Shown here one piece after another: positions 1-40,357 of a stretch of 64,000 nt of DNA (its first letter is position 1; each line of letters starts with the position of its first letter). The stretch is from Amoebidium appalachense (lineage: Eukaryota; Protista; Ichthyosporea), in contig CAVNZM010000001.1 in assembly GCA_963693365.1 (NCBI GenBank), positions 4,294,907 to 4,358,906 on the forward strand, given 5' to 3'. The notes below the pieces were generated by a model. The model had not been told where the DNA came from. It did not search any database and worked only from the letters and a program-made list of their open reading frames with translations. The position numbers and the translations under genes were made by a program.

Positions 1-85
1 CGCATGAACAAAGGCACGTATGCATCCTCTATGTTTCCAAAAAAACACACATCTATTCAAGCTCAACAACAACCCATAAACCCAA

Positions 86-129
<44 letters not shown>

Positions 130-280
130 ACTCCCCCCCATTCCTTTGTCCTCTCATTCCCTGAAACTAAGTGACTGAGGTGCATACGTCAGTCACGGAC
201 CTTATACACACAAACAGACACACACCCTCTACGCACACACCAATTCGCCAACTCGCCCGCCCCTCTCTGTTCCCTTTCAG

Positions 281-27251
<26,971 letters not shown>

Positions 27252-28404
27252 ATATACTGCGTATGTGATATGAAACTATGTAATGTAGCATACCTATGCT
27301 GTTTCAAAGAAACTGGGCCCTTGCCTGTTGTGTGAAAGTTTTTTTGAAATGTAAATCGCCTTTTGTGTTTTTTTTTACGCGAATGCTTTAAAGCTTCGTA
27401 TGAGTTGTTGACTTGAACATATATATTGTTAAATATGCAAGAATGACGTCATGGAAGTGGTGGGAGCTTTCTTTGCGAACGGTTTAAAATTCTTGTGGGT
27501 ATCGATATGTAGCGCATGTATGGAGTGAGTGGGAAGTTCAACACAAGAGACACCTGTGTGAATGACATACTCTGTTGGCCTGACCGTAAGTCAAGCCAAT
27601 AACCCACTATTTCTTCAATGAGTCTGCTACCCCGACACACATGTACATGTTGCACCCTACCCCGAAAGCCATTGAGTTGAGTATATATATAAAATTAAAA
27701 ATTAAAATTAAAAAAGGGTTGGGCCATTTTGATTTGCTGCCAGACGGCCTAATCCAATCGCCGGTTATGTTACATATGTGCTACATATATTGCCAGTTAC
27801 TGAGAACTCACCAGCATATAAAAACCAAGAAGAAAAAAAAAGGAAAAAAGTAGGAATATATGCATGGCATGTGGAAATTCGCCGCACTCACGGCCCTGCG
27901 GTCGTGGCCCGTTTTAAATCTAGGTTACCTATATCAGCTGACGCCAGTAGTCACTCATAACGGTGGTAGGTATACAGAGAGTTCACTGGCAATTGCTAGT
28001 AACTAAGTGCTCATGGGGCAATGCGCACACACGTACTGATGTGTAAGCTGACTTGCACAAATACTACATGATAATGTAGTATTCAGCCAAACAAGGTTAG
28101 TAACACGTGTGTAACATGTACATATCTCAGAATACGGGCCGAGCATATGCATGCTAACGCCACTTGCACCATATCATCGCAGCTAGTACTGTAAAAGATG
28201 CACATACACATATGCATGTACATATGTACATCTATTAAACGGAGCATTGTATTCTGCACTTGCACGTGCACATGGTTACGTTACATGCCCACTGAAAACT
28301 TAACAAGCCGGCACAGTGCACACACTCACACACGTCCCACTGTCACTCATGCATCAACATTCACACAACATGTACGGTCTACACACGTACACACACATGA
28401 GCGT

Positions 28405-28436
<32 letters not shown>

Positions 28437-28438
28437 TT

Positions 28439-28543
<105 letters not shown>

Positions 28544-29176
28544 TTGTTGCTCACAAGTGCTAAGACACAAGTGTACATGCGCAGAGAACATATTCCCAGG
28601 GTGTTAACACCCTTCCATCTACGTGTCATGTAAAGATAAACGACCACAACTGTGCTCCGGTGCTCTTTTCACTTGCGACACACTGTCAGGTGTTGCATAT
28701 GTTAATTAGTTAACTTTAAATTTAGCTTCTTTAGGCCTGGTGACCTGCACCAGCCAATAGAAAGGGCTCGTTAGCTCCTATAATTTAAATAAATGGTTAC
28801 TATCATGGATTTACATCAAGGCAGATGTGCTTTTCATGTGTGCCTGCCGTGTATCTTTCTGAGACCATCATTAATACTGGTGGTAACAATTCTTGGTACA
28901 TGTTAAAGTAGAGTATGGTTGGTGACTGAAATACGCGTGGGCCTATGCATGCACCCCATGATCAGTGATAGGGGAAGAAGGGACAGCAAGGTTAACGAGC
29001 ACATCATATGTGCGTGTGTCCAACTCTTCTCAGAGCCAAACGCAAGATAATAAATTATGTTACCATAATGAGTTTCATAAGACGAAGACCATCCGAAAGG
29101 TTAGTAATACTGAGTACACCCAAGAGTACACACAGTGTATGTGTGTGTGGGTGTGTGGTGGGTGGTGTGTGTGTGT

Positions 29177-29214
<38 letters not shown>

Positions 29215-29251
29215 GGGGGGGGGGGGAGGGGGGGGGGGGGGGGTTCTGCTC

Positions 29252-29605
29252 TCAAGCATCCAGATTTCCATTAGCAATAGCAAGATCTCTTATCTCATAA
29301 AACTGCCTTGCCTCAGCCAATCGGCTCTCGTGGAACGATGTCACCTGTGTTTTCTTCTGCACGATTGGTCCTCGTGACATGACCGATTCCCGCTCATGAA
29401 GCTCAGCCAATCGCCTCACCTCGTTGGCCACGTGTGCCTGGTACTCCTCCTTGGTTTTGAATCTTTTGGGGTCGTTTTTGCGCAAAAGCTTCATGTCCAC
29501 TTCCAGTCGGGCCATTTCTTCTTTGTGGCTGGTTTCCAGCAAACGATATTGCTCGGCCTGTACACAAAAAAAGAGGGTGAGTGAGAGACAGAGAGAGAAA
29601 GAGAT

Positions 29606-29668
<63 letters not shown>

Positions 29669-30027
29669 ACCCGGGGGGGGGGGGGGGGGGGGGGGGGCGG
29701 CAAAAGGATATGAAGGTGTTTGTCGGATTAAGTCCACTGACGTCGTGCCTTATATTTCTCGCACGGAGACAAAGGGAAAGGGAAGGGAAGGGAAAGAGAG
29801 GGGAGGGGAGGGGAGACGAGGGGCGGTGAAGGGGTGAAGGGGAGAGGGGGAGAAGGAGGGCAGGGAGGGAAGGGAAGAGAAGGAGAGGAATGGAATGGAA
29901 ACAAACGAAAGGAGAAGAAAGGAAAATATATATAAAAAAAGGGACGAGAAGAGAAGAAAGGAAAGCAAAGAAGAGGAAGAAAAGAAAGAAAAGGCAACAA
30001 GGTTAAAGAAGGGGCGGGGGACAGGGG

Positions 30028-30074
<47 letters not shown>

Positions 30075-30263
30075 GACACACTACATACAGCAGATTTGCG
30101 TTCTGATAGAAAGCATTGCTTAAGTACTGTCAGCAAAACCCTTGTCGCGTACCAATCCGGGCGAGTGGCCAAGAAGTCTTGGCTCCCCCCTCCCCCCCCC
30201 CCCCCCCCCCCGGGGAGGGGGGGGTTGATCAAAGGTTAAAAAAAAAGGAAGCTATTTCGCCTT

Positions 30264-30297
<34 letters not shown>

Positions 30298-31030
30298 CAA
30301 GGTGCCTACCTGCTGCAGCTCCAAAGCAGCCAGCTCGGCATTGCACAGCGACTGGTACACTGCCCTCTCAGCTGCCACCAGCACAGCATAGGCCCTGCGT
30401 CGTGCCCGTGCATACTCACCGTAGCCCTCCAACCACAGTCGCCTCACCGTCTCATCGTGCAGTGCAAGGGCTGCCTCTCTCTCGTCACTGTGCCCCTGCT
30501 TGCTGCCCCTCCTCAGCACTCCCATGACTGTGTTCTTGACCCCCTCTAGACGGTGCATGGCCATGTCTTGTTCGTGCTGGAACTCGAGTTTGGAGTGTTT
30601 CTGTAAGAGAGAAAGGAGTGAATTATGCGTCAGGCAAGGTGGTAGAAGGTGGGTAGCGATGATGGGAACTGTGGTAAACAGGAAGATAAAAGGAAAAGGT
30701 AGACATATCACACATACACACAAGAGACTGCTCGGAGGGACTCTCAGTGTGCAGCATACAGCCAACACCCTCTCCTCCCCTCCCATCCCTTCTTCCTAAG
30801 TGGCTTCTACCAGTAGCCTGTTCTACATGTTCCCCCTCCCCCCCCCCCCTCTCCCCCACCTCCATGGCCCCCTCCCACCCCCCTGCCTTTCTTGAAACCC
30901 CACCCCACCCCCCCACCCCCTCTCCTCTCACATAAAAGGGGGAGGATAAGAAACATTGGAAAGAAGAAAGAGAGAAGAAATCGCATCACCCACATTCCCC
31001 GAATCCCAACACCTTCCCTCCCCCCCCCCC

Positions 31031-31061
<31 letters not shown>

Positions 31062-31343
31062 ATCACCACCACCACCACCGCCGCCATCACCACACACACA
31101 CGCATGCACGCACACACACACGCACGCACGGACATTGCAAACACACACATGCACATGTGGACATGCAAGCTTGCTCACACATACATGCACGCATACCCAT
31201 GCCTACCAGAAACACAAAAGACCCACAGACCCATATCCATATCCATCCTTCCCCCCTCTTCCCCTCCCCTCCCACTGCCCCCCTCCACCACCTACCACAC
31301 CAAACAAAACAGCCGAAGCCGTGTGATTTGCCAGCCCACAACA

Positions 31344-31374
<31 letters not shown>

Positions 31375-32128
31375 CTCCCCTCTCCCCCCCCCTCTCCCCC
31401 CCCCTCCCCCCCCCCCCCTCCCCCCCGTTTCTTTTTCCCTCCCCTCCTTACCTTTTGATACGTGGCCAGTATTTGCATATCGTCCTGCTCTCTCTGTCTG
31501 GCCATATCTGCATGGACCTTCCTAAGGTCCTTTTCTGCCCTCTGTAGTGCCTCAGAAAGGGTTGCTGAGCTGCTTGCAAGATATGGCATGTTTGAAAGGC
31601 TCAAAAAATTGGCCGTTTTCAAAGGTTGGGGTCTGAAATTTACAAAAGGCAGTGTAGGGAGTGCGGATGTATTGATTGCAGCATCCGTAAGAAATTCCCG
31701 TTGCAGCCCCCCCGACCGGGACTGACTCTGAGACCCTTTTCTCTCGTGGCCGCTGGTTGGAGGAATTGTGGTTGTAAAGGGAGTTCCAATGCCCGACACA
31801 CCGTTTCTTCCAGCCCCACGACCCCCCTGGTTGAGGGGGTCCAATGGAGCCATGAAATTTTCGGTACGTGGTGGAGGGGGGTCTGGGACATTGGCCTTTG
31901 GCGAGTGGGCGGAGGGGGAGGAGGGGGTCTTCGTCCCGGTGAAATTGCTGAGCCACTTGCACAGGGGGAGTGTGTGGGGGGACTGGCAGGCCGCTCAGAG
32001 GAAAAGGAGGGGGCTGAGACCACGTGGTGAAGCTCCCGAGAGGGACGCCTCCTGTGAAGGGGGGAGGAGGAGGGGGGTTGTAAGAGATGCTTCATCATTA
32101 AGGGAAGGGAGGGGGAGAGGGGACGGAG

Positions 32129-32211
<83 letters not shown>

Positions 32212-33339
32212 CGTGCGTGTGGGTGTGGGTGTGTGTTCGTGTGTGTGTGCGTGTGTAACGCTGTCGAAAATACACAAGCTGTTTAAGTGTTCATGTATGC
32301 ACAGTAAATTTAAAGGGTTACGTTGGAAGGAGTGAGTGCTTGTGTGTGTGTGTGGGGGGGGGGGGGGGGGGGGGGGGGTAAAGGGGGGAGGAGGCAGTTA
32401 GGTGCCTGCATGCATACGGGCAGGCAGGCCTGCGTTCGTACGTGTGCATACGTGTGTGGGTGTGCGTGTGCGTGCATGCTAGCATGAGGTGTGCGTGTGT
32501 GGGTGTGCGTGGGCGTGTGTGTGCGTGTATGTGTGTGTGTGTGGTGTGTGTGTATGTGTGTATGTGTGTGTATGTGTGTGCGTGTGTGCGTGCGTGTGTG
32601 CAGAAGCGTATAGGTGCTTCTGCGCAAGCATGTGCGTGAGTGTGAGTGCGTGCGTGTGCGTGTGTATATGGGAGTGAGTGTGGAAGTGTGTGCGTGTAGG
32701 TGCTCGTGCTATACCACACGTGCGCCAAAACTACTGCACGTTCCACCTTCGTGCATAAGCAAGCATGCTCCTACGAAAATACTTAGTGCCCTGTGTAAAT
32801 GGGCTGCCACATAGCTACTCACGAGTTCGTGTTTCCTTGTGTCCAAAGACCTACGAGAAGAACTGGTTGGCTGGTGGCGGGGATACATACTGGTTAGGAG
32901 GCACGGGGGGTGGAGGTCGCCTCTGTGTGGCTGTCTGCTGGCTCGAGTACAAACTGCTGTAGGCTGGGGGGGGCTCAGAATGTATGTTTGCAGCAGCAAA
33001 ACCATCAGCCCTCCTCAAGGCATAGTCTTCTTCTTGTTCGCAAAAGGCAGGTGGGGGCGCAGACGGAGAATAGTAGTCGTGAGGGATGGTTGAATTTGCT
33101 GCTACAGGAATTTCCGGAGGTAGAATTGGGTACATACCAGAAGTATTTCTGGTGGACGGTGGTGTAGTGCATTGGGATGAAAGGTGGGCGTGGGGGCGGG
33201 GCTGTGCATAGGAGTATGTTGTTGTGTCTGAGGTAGAGCGGGTGTGGGTGCGGTGCCTAGGAGGGGGTATAGGTGTAAAGTCCTGCGATGGGCATGTAAC
33301 GCCTATGCAAGGCAGGAGACCGCTCTCTGTACTTGGCAT
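29252..33339 (-). CDS. Hypothetical protein: Pro/Ser-rich disordered N-terminus and helical/coiled-coil C-terminus
   Basis: Candidate exons 33339-32855 ([16 protein letters not shown]), 32051-31452 (needs a +1 nt correction at the G6 run 31876-31881), 30600-30310 (291 nt, phase 0) and 29557-29252 (stop). All have GT-AG ends with compatible phases. No family recognised; start codon uncertain. Confidence 0.65.
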
Positions 33340-35201
33340 GGTGGGGTGGGCACTTTCACTGGTGCTTAAGAAAAACGTGATATACTTCCCAGACCTACAA
33401 ACCAACTGAAGACGCTGGTTCAAAGAGTAGCGTGTTTCAATTGATCTCGTGTGCAGGATGTTAACAGGTCGGTATTTATAAATGCGCTGTGGTTTGAAGT
33501 CCTATTCGTCTAGCTCATACCTGTTAATAATTGATAGTTTCCTTGAATCTTTCATAGACTTGGTCTGCATCGTTTTGTGGGTTGTGCATTGTAACAGCTG
33601 TTGCTTTCTGAGTGCAGTTGCTGCGCCGCAGCGTCTGATCCATCCCATTTGGGGTTCAACCTGATCAACATTCCTACAGTTACCGAATTTGGAAATCAGC
33701 CAGATGGCGGGATCGTCCCAAGGCCTCCTAAGGTGTGGTATTTAGGAGGCCTTGGATCGTCCGCGGGCACACTGTCGCAGAGAGGAGCCCCCGCTTGTCC
33801 AGGGCGAGTCGTGATTGAATGCTTGTACTTACATAATGTAAAGTTATGCAGCACGCTACCTTCTGCCCCTCCCTTTAGAATCATCCCTCTTACTCTCACT
33901 CTCACTTTTGCGCTTCTCTCCCCTCTTCTCTTTCTCGCCCCCCTTTCGAGCTCCAGATCTCGCTCCCCACACCCCCCGAGTTGAGGCTGAGCGATCCCCC
34001 CCAGGCCCGGCGCCCCCCCGGCCCCCCCCCCCCCCCCCCCCCCTCCCCCCCCCCCCCCCCCTCTCCCCCACCCACCCATCCACCCTTTTCTTTTTGAGGG
34101 GGAACCATGGGCCCACAGCCTCCAAACCCTCTTCCCTTGTAGGCTATGCTTCCCTTAAGTTGTGCGGCACCAAACGCGCTATATTATGCTGTCGACTACT
34201 ATCTCTGCAGGAACCTGATCATGAAAAATTCTGTTCTTTTCCAACCAGCTACAACATAAAGGCTTCATACCCTTCCTGTCAGTCAGCTTGTGCAGATCAT
34301 GTCTTTCCAATTATACACAATGCCAGGTCATGTTTGTAGTTGCAGGTTAGGCTCTAGACCTTTCAGTTAAATTTGTGGCCCATGATGGCTAACGGTTCCG
34401 GTGTCACCTCCGTACACGGTGAGACGCTTCCAGCTGTGATTTGCAACCCTTTTATTTACTAGTAGGCATTATGAGCCTCGTTATAACGTTATGGTTGTAT
34501 TTGACATCATAATCAGCTACAGGCGCAGGTTATATTAATTCAATTAATACATATCCCCGGATGATAATAGTCGTAGTGGGCACACCACCATCATTCCTCG
34601 GCTGCCGCAAACACACACATACACACACGCGCGCGCGGGGGGGCACACGCATACGCACACCGTGACACAAGCACACGCACACGCACACCGTGACACACGC
34701 ACACACACACGCACACGAACACAAACGCTTGCGTACCGTACGGTGCGTGCGTGCCTGGTGCGCGTGCGCGCGCGCACACACACACACCGTGCTACCGTGA
34801 CACGCCTGCAGTGGCAAAACAAACACGGACTTTTCAGCTTTAAAGAGCATCCACATCCGTCGATCCCATGCAACTTCCAAAACACCTTCCCCAACGGTTA
34901 ACCATGGGCCCCCCCCTCCCCCCTTCCCCCCCCCTTCCCCCACGACTATGCATACCGTCAGCATTGCAAACGCGCGCAGGTGCACACAAGAGAGAGAGAA
35001 GGGAAGGCAGGGGGGGGGGGGGGGGGAGGGGGGAGAGGGGGAAAGAGGGTGAGGCGGCACCACCCGGGAAAGAGAGACAGAGAGACGCATGCGCAGCTTG
35101 GAGGGGGAGAGATGGGGGGGGGGGGGGGGGGGACGTCGCGCATGTGTGCACAAATAGGCTACCACACAAAAAATGCCACCCAAAGGGATCCCCCCCCCCC
35201 C

Positions 35202-35232
<31 letters not shown>

Positions 35233-35382
35233 GGGTGGGGGGGGGAGGGGAGTGAGAAAAGAAGTTGATCTAAATAGTGATATAGTTGTGACACGCTCCC
35301 TCCCCTGTGGGTGTCATCCTTTGCGTGTGTGTGTGGCGCGGGGGAAGGGGGGGGTCGAGTCCCTTGTCTCATACATAGTCTG

Positions 35383-35540
35383 TCATTGTCATTGCCATCC
35401 GGAAATTTACTACTCACTGTCCGAAGCTTCAATCTCCGTTAATAACGTATGCACACAGGGCTCATTGTCATTGCCATCCGGAAATTTACTACTCACTGTC
35501 CGAAGCTTCAATCTCCGTTAATAACGTATGCACACAGGGC
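35383..35540. repeat. 79-bp tandem duplication (intergenic)
   Basis: tcattgtcattgccatccggaaatttactac...gcacacagggc at 35383 and 35462. Confidence 0.95.
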
Positions 35541-35913
35541 CACTGTGACACCAGAACACTAATAAATAATCAGAAGCACGCAGAACACAATAACAACTGT
35601 TACAAAAGGTCAATGGTTGAGAATCATTTACTACCACGATGGTTCAGGTCCCATCACCCAAAAATGAAATGCACACGGCCCTACCACCAGCGATCTATAT
35701 CAAACTGTTGTTAGCTGGTGACCGTTGCTCGATACTTGCTACCAGGATAATAATAACTGTAGCAGCTTCTATAAAATACTGCTCACTAAGCCTATGTATA
35801 TGATATCAACAATAGCGGTCTCCCTACACCATCGGCTAACTATTTTACTGCAGACTCCGTTACTTGTTCTAACACTTAGACTTAAATGCTGGTTGGCTCC
35901 AACTGTTTTAAAA

Positions 35914-36620
35914 TCAGTAGCCTGTGCGGGCCTGTTCTGCAGAGCCGCGTTTGCACAAGCGGCGCTGAAGCAGACGGTAGTTATAGTCGATGACGTCAGC
36001 AGTTGATTCCAGCCCAGCGGCCACAGAGCCGATGTACCACGTGCGGTACTTGCCCTGCAGTGCGTGTGTTAGATGACGTCACATATGAATAGTCTACACA
36101 AGTAACTACCTAATCAAGGTGCAATGAATCCACTAATAGTATGTTGCAGCAGATGCAATGACGACCCTTGATCGTGGACTATATTGGAAATAAATGTCAC
36201 TACGCGCTAATAATTGATCTGCAAAGACATAGTATGATCACAGTGAGATAATCGGCCAGGGGGGAAGATGGGGAGGAGGGGGGACCCCTGGGGGGGGGGG
36301 GGGGGGGGGGGGGGGGGAAGGGGGAGGGTACAAAGAAAATGGAAAGGAGGATATTGGTGTGATCAATGAATGATGAATGGGTAACGGTGGGTGGGTGAGT
36401 CTGTGGGGGTGTGTATGGAGGGAGGGAGGGGGGGAGCGGAGGGGTGGCTGGGTGGGGGTGTTGCCGGATTGAACACTAAAAAGACTGAGCGAATAATATC
36501 GGGTGCTAGACTCAGAGCACTCTGCCAGGCACGGAAGAAAAAAAAAAATGCCAGGGAGGGAAATGTGTGGTTTAGGAGGCAAGGGATCATTGACAGGAGA
36601 GATACCCGTGTGTGTGTGTG

Positions 36621-36694
<74 letters not shown>

Positions 36695-38501
36695 CGCGCG
36701 CGTGCATGTGGGTGCCCACGAGGAGCTGCAGCAAAAGAGACAGCATAGTGAGTTCGCAGTTTTGGAAGGGGTGGGGGAGGGGTGTGTGTGTGTGGGGAGG
36801 GGGGATGGGAGTGGGGGATATGCGTGTTACAACGTACGAGGTACACATTCACCACTGACAAGGCCATGCGGATTTCACAATAAATAGATAAAAAGAAACA
36901 AGTGCACAACGGGTATATGTGCTTGTGTGGGTGTAACAGTTGGTGTGTGTGTCTGGGCGGGGGCGGGGGAGGGAGCGGGGGGGGGGGGGGGGGGGGGGGG
37001 GGAGGGGGGGGCTCAGGGATGAATTGCAAGCACACACCTGCATGTCCCACAGTTTCCACGGATACCCCTGGAGCAGCTCTTTCTGGCTAAACCGAGGGAA
37101 GTAGGGTGGGGAGAAGCGCTCGATCACCCGTGCATTCTTGGCCCCCAATTTGTCGAGGTCGTCGTAGAATTGCCGGTCGAGAACGTCATCGGAAATACCA
37201 TTGTCCAGGCCAAACCCGACCTGCTGGCCGCCAACGTAAATATCTCTGGGCTCCGTCAAATTCGGGAAGAGGTTTCCAAGATCCCGGCGGTAGTAGCACA
37301 GGTGGGGCTTTTCCTTCACTGACCGCACTAGTTTGTCGGCGAAGAGAAGCTGGTAGTTACGGGGGATGTCGTCGGCCTCGAATAAAACGGCGTGGAACTT
37401 TGCCGACTTTGGCCGACCGAGAATGTCGACCTCATCAGCGCGTCCCTTGATAAACTTGAAAGTGTCGGGCCACTTGGACGATACCATGAGGAAATCGTAG
37501 ATTTCACTGCGGGGGGTGGGCTCGCCCTTAACCTGGTACTTGATCTGCACCTTTTGGGAATTCCGATTTACTTCCGTAATATTGGAGTTGAAAACGATAT
37601 CCTTGCCCCGTGCCATGCGCTTCCACAGCTGGCCCCAGCCGTCCCTTAACATGCTCACCGTGTTGTTTGCGTTAGGTGCAATAATAGACAGGAAAATAGT
37701 GGGTGTGCTCCACATAAACCCGTAGTAGGCCGGGACCTCGTCGATAAAACCAAACCCGTTGCTGGACTGCATGACCACCATCAGCCCGACCAGCGCCTTC
37801 ATGTTGTTGTTTTCCAGAAACTGGCGGAAGGTCTGTTTGGTGAGCTGGGCCATGACCTCCGGCTTGGGCTGGTTGGGGAACAGCCAGCCGGACTCCCCAA
37901 AGTACTGCGTGTACAGGACCGCATACCTCGTTAGCTGCTCGCGGAGAAGTTCGAGGTACTTGTCCGGGTCCGGTTGAACGCCTTCGAGCTGGGCCCAGGC
38001 ACGCATAGTCCACTCGAGTGTCGGGTAGATCTTATCTTCGAGGGAGGGGTCCTTAACAAAGCCAACACCGGGGGTGGGTGTGCGATTGATGAAGAACTCC
38101 TCAAGCAGGCGAAGGATGCACGGATAGCGCCCCGCCGTGTAGCAGGTGCCCATCTCGTGGGGGACACCGTTTATGTATCTGGTGTTGGACATGCCGCCCA
38201 CCCGATCATCCCTTTCAATGATGCGCACATTCTTGTAGCCCAACTTGCCCAAATAGTGCGCCATAGACATACCGGCAGGGCCAGCACCAATAATGGCTAT
38301 CTTCGAGTCCTCGTTGAAGAGGGGCTGCTCCCCAGCCTGGCACGTGCGCACGCGTGGGACTGGGGACTCGCAATGCCTCTGATGGGGTACGCCATAGATA
38401 TCAAGGGGGATCGTAGCGGGGTCGATTATACCGACATTGTCTTGGGCCGTCACCAAAATGGCCAACGGGGCGAGAGCCCCTAAAAACCGCGCTAAAACCA
38501 T
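35914..38501 (-). CDS. Secreted FAD-dependent oxidoreductase (flavin amine-oxidase fold), polyunsaturated fatty acid isomerase (PAI/PFI)-like, 534 aa
   Basis: Exon 1 is 38501-37038 (ATG, hydrophobic signal-like MVLARFLGALAPLAILVTAQ; GxGxxG motif SKIAIIGAGPAG..IIERDDRVGG..HEMG; GFGFIDEVPAYY; YFPRFS). Phase-0 intron. Exon 2 is 36054-35914 (GKYRTWYIGS..ESTADVIDY..TGA). Motifs recall Propionibacterium acnes PAI; the specific activity is inference. Confidence 0.85.
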
Positions 38502-40172
38502 GGCTATGTGACAGGGCAAGGTGTCTGTTTTGTGGCCGTACTAATCAATGCGTTCAACTTTGCCTCCTCGCGATGAATGCTTTGCTAAAGGTGAAGACTG
38601 GCGTGTGTTTGCGAAAACGTGTTACCAAACTCTCCGGGTGTGTAAGGGATGTGCAGGCACGTGTCCGTTTTCTACCGGTGAATGAAATGTTTGAGAGACC
38701 TACAACCTTGGAAGTAGAAGCTTTACAAACACAACCACCTGACCCGTGAGAGGTGCAAGTGGAAAAAGTAACAAACAATTCTTTTATGTATAGAGTACTG
38801 CGAGCAAATAAAACACCTCGATAGTATCATGGTGATATGTGTGCATCGGATTGCTCAGAATCGAAGCAATAAAACCGATGATGCACCACGCCTACTTTAA
38901 TCTTTTTATAACATAATATACCTACCCGTACATGGTTCAGTAAAGGTTACGTCATGTGAAAAATACTCTAAGAGACCAATGCGAGCTATAGCTCTCTTTA
39001 CTATTTGGGTAGGAACTTCAGACGGGGTCACGCACTTTTTCAATCCAACTTTTCACTCTTTTTAAAACGAAACGAGGTGTGTTTACGCTAGAAACGAGGG
39101 AAACGCGCGCCTATTTTTGCATTCCGGAATTCTTTCCGCGATGGACCCCCTCTCCCTTGAAAATCAAAAATCGGGAGTACATATTCAAATAACAGCAGTT
39201 ATGCACAGATAAAAGCATTTTGCAACGTTAAAATAGATACAAATAATATGGAAATAGAAAATATAGATTTGATTTACAGTTGCGTACTCTAAGCACAGGG
39301 TCAACGGAGCAGCACAGACTAACTGTGATCACCAAATTAGCTTGATAGACCCACTATGTGGGGCTGAAGGGTCCTGGGGGACCCCGATTTTAATTTACAT
39401 TCTTTACGCTGACAAAGGCGACAAGTGTACTCAGATTTGACGTTGTGTGTGGCTGTAACAGCGGCTCGATACGTATATTTTCCTTTTATTTTTAAAAAAG
39501 TTTTACATGCAAACCACGTGGTGTATTTGTGACCACACTTCGCCTCTACACATTGGTGTCGACATGTCACCCGATATTTTTACCGGGTGTGCGCGGGAAT
39601 TTGAGTTTATCCCCGCCTGGCCAATGGCCATGGCCCGTCGCAAATTGAATTTTTGTCGCGTTGGATTGGTAATGCGTTAGTCAGCCGCGACGTGGGTCAC
39701 CACTGACTCACCAGTGCACATGTGATCACACATAAATCAGTGAACCACATGCACGTGGCTAGAAGCCAGAGGTGCACCGTGCACGTGACCGAGGGATACA
39801 TACGTATATATATGTAATATATGTATGTGTGTGTGTGTGACTGTGTGTGTGTGTGTGAGTGTGTGTGTGCGTGTGTGTGTGGGTGGGTGGGTGCTACGGT
39901 GTGTGTGTGTGTGGATATGTGTGTGTGTGTGTGTGTGTGTAACATGAACATGTGTGTTTGTGTGTGTACACATGTGATCGAGAGTACAATGTCATGTGCA
40001 CGTGGGCACGGTATACATTTGTGCCAGTGTGTACGCGTTTGTATGTTTGTATATATCGACATACTGAGCGTGCAAGACTTAGTGTCGCGACGCAGTGTGA
40101 CACGGTGTGGTACCGGTGGCCATGGCTGCACGGTGTGCTAATTTTGGAGTGGGTTTACAGTTTTTGCCACAC

Positions 40173-40248
<76 letters not shown>

Positions 40249-40325
40249 TCCCAAAACCAGTTCGGTTCAGTTCCACAACTGGTTTTAGGGAGCAGATCGG
40301 TTCAGTTCCGCAACAGTGTGTGTGT

Positions 40326-40357
<32 letters not shown>

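Noticed and set aside
36849-38519. The 556-aa ORF taken as a complete single-exon gene
   Set aside because: It starts at TTG upstream of the first ATG (38501) and its tail runs into intronic poly-C. A GT donor at 37037 and an in-phase final exon at 36054-35914 supply the family-typical C-terminus.
39021-39680. Terminal inverted repeats of a DNA transposon (caatccaac / gttggattg)
   Set aside because: Only ~9 bp match, with no TSD and no transposase remnant.
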